A DNA stretch of 64,000 bases from an uncultured Gammaproteobacteria bacterium (GCA_964406795.1 CAYOTA010000005.1:14235-78234), one strand, 5' to 3'; positions 10,233 through 20,332 are shown, counted from the stretch's first letter. Notes: generated by a model not told the origin, from the sequence alone. Made by a program: numbers and translations.

Positions 10233-10658
10233 TGGAGATGGCGAGATTGATCTCGCGTCCAAATGTTGTTTTCTAAAACATCTACAAGCGTAGTTAATAA
10301 TTAATTGTCGTTTTGTTTTGATCTTATTAACAAGAAAAACAATTCCAAGATTTTAATTTTCTAACCTAAAGCCAATCATTCTTTAAGCCCTATCTCAACT
10401 GGTTTATGTTCATGTCTATCCGTTGAGAAAAGAAACAACATGAACGGTGTGAACCGTTATGCAAAAGCTTATGCAGCTAGAGCATATCCCTGAGGGGCGA
10501 ACCCCTTAGAGATCCCGTCAGCTAGACGAGCAACGAGCCCACGTGCCTTAACGACTCCGTCGTTTTTAGCATTTGTGTTTTGACTCCTGTTTTACGACTG
10601 TAAATCAAAGTCGGCTTGCAGTTTTAAAAGAGCAAAATCTGTCGATGCGTGCATCCCC
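10233..10658 (-). ncRNA. ssrA: tmRNA (ssrA), about 426 nt with an extended 5' region; tag reading frame ends ...PQGYALAA-UAA
   Basis: The minus-strand 5' end GGGGAUGCACGCAUCGACAGAUUUUGC resembles E. coli GGGGCUGAUUCUGGAUUCGACGGGAUUUGCG. The 3' end GGACGCGAGAUCAAUCUCGCCAUCUCCA resembles E. coli GGACGCGGGUUCAACUCCCGCCAGCUCCA. The in-frame tag GCU CUA GCU GCA UAA lies at plus 10469-10483. The gene sits directly downstream of smpB on the same strand. Confidence 0.65.
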
Positions 10659-10815
10659 AGATCCTTTTCAAAGTAGGCTTTTTAGGGCTTTTCTTGACCT
10701 TGAAAAGAGTAGTAGTAGTATACCATTTTTGAGGCTCTTAGTCCACTTCGCCTTGCTCAGTGCCAGGTTTTCGCAAGCTCAAAGCTGGCAGCCCCGAGGC
10801 TATTTGAAGCTAAAT

Positions 10816-11256
10816 TTAGGTGTAGTTCTTGATTTCACGCTCCGTATCGCGTTTCATGTCCTTTTCCTTTAAATCTCGTCTTTTATCAGCTTGCTTTTTC
10901 CCTTTGGCAAGTCCAATCTCTACTTTTACAAGCCCGTTTTTGTCATACAATGACACACCAATTAATGTGTGCTTCCCTTCTGACAACTTACTCTTCAGTT
11001 TTAAAAGTTCCTTTTTATGCAGTAAAAGCTTCCTGGTTCTTTTTTCATCAAATCCTGCAGTCCGCGCAAATGCATACGGAAAAATCCGGGCATTCAAAAG
11101 AATTGCTTCAGAACCCAAAATCTTAACATAAGACCCGGTTAAGTCTGCATGTCCTAGCTTTACAGCTTTTACCTCTTGCCCCTGCAATACAATTCCTGCC
11201 TCAAATTTCTGCTCAATAGCAAAATCTCTAGTTACATATTTATTAAATATTTTCAT
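10816..11256 (-). CDS. smpB: SsrA-binding protein SmpB
   Basis: KYVTRDFAIEQKFEAGIVLQGQEVKAVKLGHADLTGSYV and the basic C-terminal tail. I trimmed the start to M22 (MKIFNKY) of the listed ORF. Confidence 0.85.
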   Translation of the reverse strand: MKIFNKYVTRDFAIEQKFEAGIVLQGQEVKAVKLGHADLTGSYVKILGSEAILLNARIFPYAFARTAGFDEKRTRKLLLHKKELLKLKSKLSEGKHTLIGVSLYDKNGLVKVEIGLAKGKKQADKRRDLKEKDMKRDTEREIKNYT

Positions 11257-11541
11257 ATTTGCGCAGATTTTAGGACCGCACCTCGCATAGCGAGTAAGGT
11301 CCGCAAGACTTGCCTGCAAGTCTTATTCAATATTCTCATATAAGTATTATACTGTATCTTTCTTCTAAATCGTCACTTGTGAGCACGCGTAAAAAAATTC
11401 GAGTGATCGAGTCAGGGGGATCCCCGGCAAGACTTTGACCGGGAGGGGGTGATATCACCCGACGAGAAAACGAGAATTTTAGCGAGCGCAACATTGTGAC
11501 AGGAGGCTTTGGTTCTTTCCCCGGAAGGAAAGAACAATACG

Positions 11542-12279
11542 TTAAATTTCTCTTGCAAAGGTCACACCATATACCTCCCGTGCTCCTGCACGCTTTAACA
11601 CCTTTGCACATTCCCGCAGGGTTGCGCATGAGGTAGCCAAATCGTCTACCAGTAACACTGTTTTTCCTTTTAGAAAATCTCTATCCTTTTGATATATTTC
11701 GAATGCATCTTTCACATTTTGTATTCGTGAAATCTTATCCAATTTAAATTGCGGATTTGTATGTCTAATTCTAAACAAAATTTTGTTATTTAATTCCAAA
11801 TTGAATTCTTGCGCCAGGGCTTGCGCTAAAAGCTCCGCCTGGTTATAGCCGCGTTTTCTCAGCTTCTTAGAAGACAGGGGTATTGACATGACTATAGGAT
11901 GTTGAGAGAGGAGTGGTATAAAAACTTCACTTTGGGATATCATTTCAGTAAATAATTTACCCATGGTGTCTTTCAAATTAGAGGTATATGGTTCATATTT
12001 GAAGCTAAACACTAACCGTTTCACAACACCCTTGTACACTACCCCGCACGAAAGACCGTCCAAACCGTAAGGGGTTTTGCAACCAGGGTGCGTTTTGCCT
12101 ATAACAGATCTTTTCATGCACACCGGGCAAACATATTCCTCAAACGGTTTTATGCTAGATAAACAGTTTGCGCATACATATGTCCCAAATTTTTTGCACC
12201 CCACGCACCGTTTTGGGAATATAATATCAAGAATGAAACTCACAATTTCATTATGTACCCTACTTCCCTTTTTATTCAA
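11542..12279 (-). CDS. comFC: ComF/GntX-family phosphoribosyltransferase (ComFC-like)
   Basis: N-terminal double zinc ribbon CVGCKKF...CANC...CPVC...HPGC. C-terminal PRTase motif VLLVDDLATSCATL. Confidence 0.7.
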   Translation of the reverse strand: MNKKGSRVHNEIVSFILDIIFPKRCVGCKKFGTYVCANCLSSIKPFEEYVCPVCMKRSVIGKTHPGCKTPYGLDGLSCGVVYKGVVKRLVFSFKYEPYTSNLKDTMGKLFTEMISQSEVFIPLLSQHPIVMSIPLSSKKLRKRGYNQAELLAQALAQEFNLELNNKILFRIRHTNPQFKLDKISRIQNVKDAFEIYQKDRDFLKGKTVLLVDDLATSCATLRECAKVLKRAGAREVYGVTFAREI

Positions 12280-12393
12280 GAAGAATAGTATGGCTAAATT
12301 ATAGGCCTAGTCCGTTTTACTTATACATAGTTATCCACAATTCTGTTATTTTACTATAAGACTCTACCCTAATTCTGAGGCTAAAATGTGGTT

Positions 12394-12828
12394 TTACTTA
12401 TACTTTAGGGTGTGGAGAACTTCTAAATGGTTAAACCCTATACCTTTCGGCAAGCTTTTAAAATAAGCTACCTCTGCACTCTCCTCTGTTTTCTGGGGAA
12501 TAATATGTGCCTCCTCTACCCTATAAATCATATCTATAATGTGTCCCCGCGGATCTTTATCTAGGTCTTCAAATACTTGCTCTACCTTATACTTCTTTCC
12601 CCCTTCATACCCTAACTCTGTCTTTAAAATTCGCGTAATACACTCCTCTATAGACTCTCCTTTTAAAATAAAGCTTCCCGGCAGATGCCATGCACCTGCT
12701 TCAGGCGGAATTGAGCGCTTGGCAAGTAAAACTGCTCCATCCTTATTTTCAATCAAAAGACTTATGGCAACACGCGGCACCTTCTCAAAGGTTTTTAAAA
12801 ATTCCTCATAGGGAAGTTTTTGTGGCAT
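12394..12828 (-). CDS. Nudix hydrolase
   Basis: Nudix box GESIEECITRILKTELGYEG. Confidence 0.75.
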   Translation of the reverse strand: MPQKLPYEEFLKTFEKVPRVAISLLIENKDGAVLLAKRSIPPEAGAWHLPGSFILKGESIEECITRILKTELGYEGGKKYKVEQVFEDLDKDPRGHIIDMIYRVEEAHIIPQKTEESAEVAYFKSLPKGIGFNHLEVLHTLKYK

Positions 12829-13014
12829 GAGGGAATTGTAGCAAAATAAAAATATCTAATCGAGGACTCTATGCTCCATCTCCCGGCTTCCAACCGCAGT
12901 CTGGGCATGCAGTGAGCTTTTCAGCTTGGATTAGAGAAGCTTGATTTTCATCAGGCTCCCAGGTGCACCTTCTGCAAACTATTTTAAAACATACTTCACA
13001 ATTGTCTTTCATAA

Positions 13015-14442
13015 TTAGTCACAAACTATATATCCTTCCTCAGCGGCTTGCTCTTGTGTCAGCCGGCACTCTGGGTTTGGACAAGGGCCATTTCCAATTG
13101 GGCCACTTGCCCTATAACCACACTTAGGACAACTAAACCATTCCTGCTCATCGTCATCCTTATTAAATCCTGTTCTGGGAGTTATTGAATTCAAAATATT
13201 TTTTTTCTTTCCGCCACCCGCACACCCTGCAATTTTCCTCATTTCCTCAAGTGTGTCTTGCGCGTCAAAAGGAGATACTATTCTATCTTCAATGTCATAT
13301 CTTGCACCGCGCCACATAACTTTCTTTTTTTGTTTTGGCGGACGGATTTCATGCATAAGTTTTAATGCAGTTAACCCCATTGCTGTCTCCAAATCGCCTC
13401 TTGTCTCCTCATCAGAATCAGTGATGCGTTGTGATATATATGCCTTAAGTGGGTCAATATAACTTTTTACGGTAGCATCCAACGTCCACAAGCTATCAGG
13501 GTTTTGTAAGAGGTCCATCATCTCAGCAAAGGTGCGCGACCTATCTGCACTATCCTTATATGCTACTTCTCCCCCTTTTATATGCTGTATGTTTTGTGCT
13601 ATATCTTCAATGCTTTCATCCTCTTTTGGATCAATTACTACTACACTCTCTACTACCCGTTTTATGTCAGCTCTATTGTCTACCACACTCTGAAACGCGT
13701 CTTCTGGCACTCCCAAATTCTTAAGAAGCTGTTTGTTTTGAGATAGCGTCATGTCAGTTTTCAGTGTAAATCCACGGATACTGCCGTCTTTCTGCACTTG
13801 AAAACAATATGTTTGTGAATCCGGATATTCTATCTCCTCAGCATTTCCCATTTTTATATCATATGGATTAAGGGGCTCTAACTTATTGTCTTTTGTTTGA
13901 TACCCACTCCATCCCGCAGGACTTGTCATAATCACCATAGTCCCAGGCTCTGCAGTAAGTAATGTTTCTTCAATTTTCTCAGTAGATTTTTTAACTACTC
14001 CATCCCGCTCATCAGAACTGATTGCATCAGCAAAAGGCTTTCCCCCATATAATGCTCCTACCAACCGTGTCTTACCTTCATATTCTTGCTTTTCTAAAAC
14101 AATTGGAAAAACCGGCAATTCAAGTAGATATTCAGTTTTAAACCCTTGTAAATCCTGTTCAACTTGCTGTAATGAATCAGATAGTGGTACACCATTTTTA
14201 TGGTTTTCTAAAAGCAAATCAACCTGTGTACGTACCTGAAAACCAGTTCCAGGCAACAAATACATATCCTGCTGATTCTTCTTTTTTATTGCATCTACTT
14301 CCTCTGCCAAGACAGGTTTGACTATCCGTTCAACCTCCAATGGATTTCTTAATCTGGTCTTTTGGGATTCTAAAAAACGTGTCGAAGGAGCTTTGAAATG
14401 CTCATATCCTGCAGCTACTCCCCTAGTTGCTAATTCACTCAT
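13015..14442 (-). CDS. Hypothetical protein with C-terminal zinc ribbon
   Basis: 475-aa ORF. C-terminus CPKCGYRASGPIGNGPCPNPEC. Confidence 0.45.
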   Translation of the reverse strand: MSELATRGVAAGYEHFKAPSTRFLESQKTRLRNPLEVERIVKPVLAEEVDAIKKKNQQDMYLLPGTGFQVRTQVDLLLENHKNGVPLSDSLQQVEQDLQGFKTEYLLELPVFPIVLEKQEYEGKTRLVGALYGGKPFADAISSDERDGVVKKSTEKIEETLLTAEPGTMVIMTSPAGWSGYQTKDNKLEPLNPYDIKMGNAEEIEYPDSQTYCFQVQKDGSIRGFTLKTDMTLSQNKQLLKNLGVPEDAFQSVVDNRADIKRVVESVVVIDPKEDESIEDIAQNIQHIKGGEVAYKDSADRSRTFAEMMDLLQNPDSLWTLDATVKSYIDPLKAYISQRITDSDEETRGDLETAMGLTALKLMHEIRPPKQKKKVMWRGARYDIEDRIVSPFDAQDTLEEMRKIAGCAGGGKKKNILNSITPRTGFNKDDDEQEWFSCPKCGYRASGPIGNGPCPNPECRLTQEQAAEEGYIVCD

Positions 14443-14446
14443 ATGG

Positions 14447-15016
14447 TTATCTCTCCCAGGTAGTCTCCTTCTTTTTTTCTATATAATTTGCGTAACGTGC
14501 TAAAGTGAAAAATAAATCCGAGAGTCTATTTACATACTGGATAACCCGAACGTCAACTTTCTCCTGCCTGCCGGCAGGCAGGCTTTTTTTATGCAGCTTT
14601 ATAATAAGCCGCTCAGCCCGTCTACTAACAGTTCTTGCTAAATGAAGATGAGAACCCATCACTCCTCCACCCGGAAGTATAAAGGAAGTGAGCTGTGGGA
14701 GCTGTGATGTCATATGATCTATTTCTAATTCATACATTTTTAACTTGTTTTCAAAATCTATGTCCCCTAAAATGTCTGGAAGGTCTGCCAAATATGAACA
14801 AATAGGGAAAATTGTTTTTTGAATGTCTAAAAGTAAATGATTAATATATGTGTTCTTTTGAGAAGTTTTAGCATTAAGAGAAAGTATTATTCCTATTACA
14901 GAATTTAGCTCGTCTAGGGCGCCGTATGCTTCAATCCGCACGTCGTCCTTCCAAACCCGCTTTCCGGAAAATAATGACGTTTTACCGCGGTCTCCTGTCT
15001 TTGTATAAATTGGCAT
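14447..15016 (-). CDS. ATP:cob(I)alamin adenosyltransferase (PduO/MMAB type)
   Basis: MPIYTKTGDRGKTSLFSGKRVWKDDVRIEAYGALDELNS matches the PduO-type N-terminus. Start set at the internal Met of the listed ORF. Confidence 0.75.
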   Translation of the reverse strand: MPIYTKTGDRGKTSLFSGKRVWKDDVRIEAYGALDELNSVIGIILSLNAKTSQKNTYINHLLLDIQKTIFPICSYLADLPDILGDIDFENKLKMYELEIDHMTSQLPQLTSFILPGGGVMGSHLHLARTVSRRAERLIIKLHKKSLPAGRQEKVDVRVIQYVNRLSDLFFTLARYANYIEKKKETTWER

Positions 15017-15427
15017 GATAATTGTTGTTGTCATTCTGACCATACTATAACTAGGGAAGAATCCAACTGTGAACGAGATCCTTCGCATTGCTCAGGATGA
15101 CATCTTTAAAATAAAAAAACCTCCCCGATAACTCGAGAAGGCCATAAAAAAAGAGCTTGCTCGAGCGAAAAAAAATTACATAGTTTTCTGAGTTTAATCC
15201 TACTTTGCTCAAAGCTTCGTAGAATTCTCCGTAGCCTTTGGCGTAGGAGAACAGTGGCGGCACCCTCATGGACTCTCACCATGATTACCTATGTAATTCC
15301 CTAAGATATATGAATCAAAAACCAAGTTCTTAATTCCTAATTCATACCTCTTAATTCATTCCTAACACTCTGCGTGTCCGCAACTGTAAGATCGCTTTCG
15401 CTAACCTTGCTCCTGGCTCATGCATCA

Positions 15428-18400
15428 TTAACACTCCGCATGACCACAAGAGTAACATTTGCTACATCCTTCTTCATGAACAAAGCTTGCTACTCCACAC
15501 TGAGGGCATACATCAGCATGTGAGTGTGTCTCAACATTTGGTTCTGCTTCCAGTGGAAGTTGTTCTACCTGCGTAGGCTGTTCTAGTACGGCCTGTTTTT
15601 GTCCATATACATCAGCCAAAGATTGCGGCATAGTTCCGTGAGTTCCGGCGCCATTAGACATACTAATTGCGGCGGCTCCATTAGACGCTCCGTTTGTAGC
15701 AGCACCATTGAGAGCTGGGGCGTCTGTAACAGGTACAGAAACAGTAGTTGAAGTATCAAGCGCAGGAAGCGCATCTGCCTGAATAGGCGCTTTTGGAGCG
15801 TCTACCACGCGTCCGTTTACTTTAAAGCTAAATTCCTCAGCAAACACTTTTGCCATAGCATCCGGCACTGAGCGCACCCTATTTTGTCCAAATCCAATGG
15901 ATCTCATACCCCCTATTCCTGATAGTTGAGCTATTATTTGTCTCACTCTCTCGCGTGGCTCCACAGGGCTTTGTAGTCTCAGCGTTAATGAAATAATTCG
16001 TCCCAAAGCGTCAGCCATAGCGGCCACGTCAGATCCTAACTTTCCAATAGTCACAAATACTTCAAACGGATTACCGTTATCATCACTGTTAATCGTTATA
16101 AACGCGTCCCCAAGTGGAGTCTGAGTTTTATAGGTTAAACCGCGCATAACAACAGGGCGGCGTAAAATAGGTGCTGCTTTTTGTACTACTGGTTCTTCTT
16201 TCTTTTCCTCTTTCTTTTCTTCACGTTGCAAAACTCCCACGCGTGATCCGTCTCTCATGTAGGTAATCCCCTTCATGCCCATGTCGTAAGCTGCCATATA
16301 TAAATCTTTTACATCGTCAACGGTGTGGTTATTAGGCGCATTTACTGTTTTGGAGATTGATGAGTCTATATAGCCCTGTGCAATTGCCTGAACTTTTGCG
16401 TGATCCATTGGAGTTAAGTCGTTTGCTGATACAAAATAGTCTGGGCGCTTCTCGTCAGGATTTTGGCGTCTCCACTCGTCATAAAGTGGGTGATACAATT
16501 TGTCAATTCCTAAACGTGACTTTCTGATAAATTCAAATTCATAAACCGGCTCAATTCCTGAAGTAGTATTTGCAAGCAATGAGGTGGTTCCTGTAGGCGC
16601 AATTGTTAAGAGCACTGCATTTCTAATTCCATCCTTTTCAATTTTTTCGCGGATTGCCTTTGGAAGTGCTTTAATGTGGTGCCCCTGTAGGTATTTTTCA
16701 GCTTCAAATTTAGGGAATGCGCCTTTTTCTTTTGCAATATCAGATGACGCAATATATGCATTGTCACGCAAAGTTTTAAATATTTTTTCAATAGTTGGGA
16801 GAGATTCTTCTGCTCCGTAACGCAGCTTCATCATAATAAGCGCGTCTCCCAGTCCCATGATCCCAAGACCGGTGCGTCGTATATCTTTTGCGCATTGCTC
16901 GTTTTCTTTGAGAAAATAATAAGTAGAATCTATAACATTATCTAAAAATCTGGTTGCAATCTTAACATCTGTACCAAATGAATCATAGTCAAATTTTCCG
17001 TCTTTCACATATGCCGTTAAGTTCATGGCACCCAAGTTACATACGGCCCATGCTGATAATGGCTGTTCTCCGCAATTATGGACATAAAACCCATTTGCAT
17101 CAAACGCATGAAGACCTGGAATCTGTGCATCATATACATCTTCTACTCCATCCTGAGAAATTGAGCTCACCGTTACCATAAATTTTTCTCGATTATATGA
17201 TCTTTTATAAGATTTCAGCAGCATTTCAAGTTTTTCTTTCTTGCTTGAATCCATGAATCCAATAAGATTCTTAAACCAAAGCATATTCTCGCCTGATATC
17301 GATAACTCGTGTTGAGCTTTTATTTTGTAGTCTTTCTTTCCACCCTTTCCATCCGGAAGCACAGATATTCCTTCTACTCTTCTATTAAGATATATCTTCG
17401 AGACAACTCCAAACCGAAGAAGAATTCTTTGTACAGCTTCTAGCAATTTTTTATCTGACTGGGCAAGCCTTACACTAACTCCCTTCTGCTGAGAGCCTTG
17501 GACACTCCCATCAGCATCAAATAACCCCTGAAGTAAACCTTTTGAAAATTCACTTGATGCCTGTTCCATACTAGGAGTTATATACTTTTTATTTCTTTCC
17601 ATACCAAGTTCTAAAGCGAGAGTACGAAGGTACGAGAATGCAAGACGGTGTTCTGCTCGCTGAGGAACTTCCATCCAGCCCGTAAAGTCACTTCGATGGG
17701 GCATTGACTGAGAGAGAGAATAGGCATGATTCATAACGCTCTGTGCTCCTTTATTATTTGTTTCCCAAACAGACAGGACTGCTTTATCCTCTTTCAGCGT
17801 ACCATCTCCAACAAGAAGGCCCATTAAATAACCTTCCCCGTAGGTATGCTTACCGTTCCAGAAGACTTTTTCAGAGTGATTATTAATGGAAATCTTGTCT
17901 CCTATTCTTAGCTGGCCAGCTTTTTCCCAAACATAAGAAGCCTTATAACGAGTATGTTTTTCAACTTTTTGAACAGGGTGGTCTTCTGTTAGACGAAGCG
18001 CATACCCTTCCTTTGTAGTAACTGATAATAACTGCTTTGTTCCGGTTTTGAAAAATCCAAGATCTGAAGAAGGAATATCTTTTCCATTCACCCGAGCAAT
18101 GAACTGAACTCCTACAAGGTCTCTAACTTGACGTGGACCTTGCTTTGTGTGAATCCATGCATCTGCTGGTAGGCAAGGGTTAGTTGCAATCAGTTTTTCA
18201 AAATAATGAGTGTTAGATCTTTTGTTAGAGCGCTCCAAGAAGTGAAGTCCTGGCTCAGCCGATCTCCATGCAGCGGTACAAATCATATCCCAAAGATATG
18301 ACGCTTTTATAACCTTGTGAACTTTTACTCGTCCCCCCGCCTTTTTCCAGCCAATCATATCTCCATCCCAAATCTCATCGTACTTTGGGTCATCCAGATC

Positions 18401-19054
18401 CGGGTAGCACAGCTCCCAATCCCCATTATTCTTAACTGCTTCCATGAATGCGTCAGACAAACACACTGAAAGGTTTGCGCCATTAATGCGGGTTAAATCC
18501 TGCTTTACTGTTATGAATTCTTCTACATCTGGATGCCAATCGTGAAGCATAAGCATCAAAGCACCGCGACGTGATCCACCCTGCTGCACTATGTCTTTTG
18601 TGGCAAGAGAATATAATTCTGCCCAGTTAATAGGGCCTGAAGAAAATCCATTTACTTTTTTGACGCGTGCGCCGCGTGGTCGTAAAGACGACAAATTAAG
18701 CCCTACTCCGCCTCCACGAGCCATTATCTCAATCATTGACTTAAGATTATCTAGAATTCCGTCTCTACTGTCTTTTGGGGATGGGATAACAAAACAATTA
18801 TAATAGGTAACGTCATAATTAGTGCCGGCTCCTGCAAAAATACGTCCTCCTGGCAAGAACTTGAAGTCCTTCATGACTTCATAGAATTTTTTCCTCCATT
18901 CAGCTCTCGTCTCTTTGGTTTCAACTTCTGCAATTCCGCGCGCAACTCTCTTCCACATTTCTTCTGGGGTTTTTTCCACAGGATTTCCCGCCTCATCCTT
19001 TAAAGAATAGCGATCCAAAAATACTTTTTCTGAGAGTCCTGTTAATTGTGTCAT
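15428..19054 (-). CDS. nrdJ: Class II (adenosylcobalamin-dependent) ribonucleotide reductase NrdJ, interrupted by an in-frame intein
   Basis: N-terminal RNR motifs FLPGGRIFAGAG and NCFVIP. The active-site motif NPCGE is split as ATNP-[intein]-CGEQPL. C-terminal Cys cluster CPQCG...CSKCYSCGHAEC. Confidence 0.85.
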   Translation of the reverse strand: MTQLTGLSEKVFLDRYSLKDEAGNPVEKTPEEMWKRVARGIAEVETKETRAEWRKKFYEVMKDFKFLPGGRIFAGAGTNYDVTYYNCFVIPSPKDSRDGILDNLKSMIEIMARGGGVGLNLSSLRPRGARVKKVNGFSSGPINWAELYSLATKDIVQQGGSRRGALMLMLHDWHPDVEEFITVKQDLTRINGANLSVCLSDAFMEAVKNNGDWELCYPDLDDPKYDEIWDGDMIGWKKAGGRVKVHKVIKASYLWDMICTAAWRSAEPGLHFLERSNKRSNTHYFEKLIATNPCLPADAWIHTKQGPRQVRDLVGVQFIARVNGKDIPSSDLGFFKTGTKQLLSVTTKEGYALRLTEDHPVQKVEKHTRYKASYVWEKAGQLRIGDKISINNHSEKVFWNGKHTYGEGYLMGLLVGDGTLKEDKAVLSVWETNNKGAQSVMNHAYSLSQSMPHRSDFTGWMEVPQRAEHRLAFSYLRTLALELGMERNKKYITPSMEQASSEFSKGLLQGLFDADGSVQGSQQKGVSVRLAQSDKKLLEAVQRILLRFGVVSKIYLNRRVEGISVLPDGKGGKKDYKIKAQHELSISGENMLWFKNLIGFMDSSKKEKLEMLLKSYKRSYNREKFMVTVSSISQDGVEDVYDAQIPGLHAFDANGFYVHNCGEQPLSAWAVCNLGAMNLTAYVKDGKFDYDSFGTDVKIATRFLDNVIDSTYYFLKENEQCAKDIRRTGLGIMGLGDALIMMKLRYGAEESLPTIEKIFKTLRDNAYIASSDIAKEKGAFPKFEAEKYLQGHHIKALPKAIREKIEKDGIRNAVLLTIAPTGTTSLLANTTSGIEPVYEFEFIRKSRLGIDKLYHPLYDEWRRQNPDEKRPDYFVSANDLTPMDHAKVQAIAQGYIDSSISKTVNAPNNHTVDDVKDLYMAAYDMGMKGITYMRDGSRVGVLQREEKKEEKKEEPVVQKAAPILRRPVVMRGLTYKTQTPLGDAFITINSDDNGNPFEVFVTIGKLGSDVAAMADALGRIISLTLRLQSPVEPRERVRQIIAQLSGIGGMRSIGFGQNRVRSVPDAMAKVFAEEFSFKVNGRVVDAPKAPIQADALPALDTSTTVSVPVTDAPALNGAATNGASNGAAAISMSNGAGTHGTMPQSLADVYGQKQAVLEQPTQVEQLPLEAEPNVETHSHADVCPQCGVASFVHEEGCSKCYSCGHAEC
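17075..18175 (-). other. Intein (367 aa) with LAGLIDADG homing-endonuclease domain inside nrdJ
   Basis: It begins CLPADAWIHT immediately after ATNP and ends FYVHN immediately before CGEQPL. The LAGLIDADG blocks are LMGLLVGDGTL and LLQGLFDADGSV. The coordinates were verified against the codons. Confidence 0.8.
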
Positions 19055-19126
19055 AACTATGCGATTGATATATTGTTCTGTTGCTAAATTGTTAAGAAAT
19101 CAACAATCCAATCATCTAATAATTGC

Positions 19127-19576
19127 TTACTTTATTAATTTCTGTAATTCTTTTTGAAAATCTTCCAAATCTACAAATTGTCTAAATACGCTTGAGAATC
19201 TGATATACGCTACTTTATCTATCTTTTTTAGCTTTTGTGCAACCAGACCTCCTATTTTTTTACTTTCTATCTCAACGCTCTCTCCACCCCGCAACTCCAT
19301 TTCTATTTCGTCCACAATACGCGTTATATCGAGTACTGTCACTGAAGTCTTTTGCGTTGCTGTTGTCATTCCCCGTTGTAGTTTGTGTCTATCAAATTGT
19401 TCCCGTTTTCCGTCTTTTTTTAGAACTATAAGCGGTACGTTTTCAATCCGTTCATATGTCGTAAATCGTTTCTGACACTTTGAACAAGTACGTCTCCTTC
19501 TTATGTTAGCTCCGTCATCCCCGACTCGTGTTTCTACAACTTCCGTTTCATTCCCTTTGCAGTATGGACAATGCAT
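19127..19576 (-). CDS. nrdR: Transcriptional repressor NrdR
   Basis: N-terminus MHCPYCKGNETEVVETRVGDDGANIRRRRTCSKCQKRFTTYERIE (zinc ribbon plus ATP-cone). Confidence 0.9.
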   Translation of the reverse strand: MHCPYCKGNETEVVETRVGDDGANIRRRRTCSKCQKRFTTYERIENVPLIVLKKDGKREQFDRHKLQRGMTTATQKTSVTVLDITRIVDEIEMELRGGESVEIESKKIGGLVAQKLKKIDKVAYIRFSSVFRQFVDLEDFQKELQKLIK

Positions 19577-19783
19577 GATGTACTTTCCTATGTGGCGTAA
19601 ATTCCCTGCCAGTCATTTAGTGCCACCAACAATGGTATGACACTACATTTATCCTGTCAACAGGTAACTACTATATCAAAAACATACATGCCCTTTTTTT
19701 AGCTTCAGTACTATAGTGTAAGAAATGGAACACATTTTTCACATAAAATATGTTAAAAAGGATGGCCGAAAAGAGGGCTTTTT

Positions 19784-20332
19784 TTACTTTATACGTAACT
19801 GCATTTTGTTCAGTCTATCAGTTTCATATTTCAGTTTTGATTTATTTTCTTGATCAACTTTTGGTGTCAATTCTTTTATTAATTGGGTGTGCTTTTTAAT
19901 GGCTGTTTTCATAGTTTTGAGTAATGCTTCCCCTTTGTCACTTGCCTTTTGCGCTTGCGTTATTCCCATGTCCATATAATTGTTACTCTTTGAAATATAC
20001 AAAACCCCCATGTCATCTTTGTCTTTCATAATCAAATAATAGCCGGAGTTAAACCGTTTGTCAGAAGAAAGTAGATAAAATTCTGCCTTTTTAAATGGGG
20101 AAGAAATCAAAAATTCTATAATACGGTCACGCAGTGCCTTTACATTATATAAAGGATTATCTGGTAGCATCCCTGGATACGGCAGCGTATATTCTACTTC
20201 TTCAACTATCGTTGGTGTGGGGTTAGCGGTTACCTCAAGGGAAGGTGTAGTCTCTTGGGCATATACATGAGTGACAAAAACAAACACAAAAGAAATGGCC
20301 AAGAATATATTACTTACTAGTTTGTGTTTCAT
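19784..20332 (-). CDS. Secreted hypothetical protein
   Basis: Signal peptide MKHKLVSNIFLAISFVFVFVTHVYAQ. Confidence 0.5.
   Translation of the reverse strand: MKHKLVSNIFLAISFVFVFVTHVYAQETTPSLEVTANPTPTIVEEVEYTLPYPGMLPDNPLYNVKALRDRIIEFLISSPFKKAEFYLLSSDKRFNSGYYLIMKDKDDMGVLYISKSNNYMDMGITQAQKASDKGEALLKTMKTAIKKHTQLIKELTPKVDQENKSKLKYETDRLNKMQLRIK

Noticed and set aside
10760-10795. GGGGCTGCCAGC… just after the smpB stop, resembling a tmRNA 5' end
   Set aside because: It sits about 300 nt from the tag reading frame and has no partner 3' acceptor strand. A better 5' end, GGGGATGCACGCATCGACAG, pairs with the 3' end CATCTCC and aligns to the E. coli tmRNA.
10573-11131. Plus-strand ORFs 10573..10872 and 10829..11131
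   Set aside because: They overlap the minus-strand tmRNA and smpB. They have low-complexity translations and no RBS context. They are spurious.
12335-12343. Isolated perfect DnaA box TTATCCACA upstream of comFC
   Set aside because: A single box far from dnaA. It is most likely chance or a minor regulatory site, not an origin.
16978-17181. Plus-strand ORF inside the nrdJ intein region
   Set aside because: Antisense to a well-supported long CDS. Spurious.
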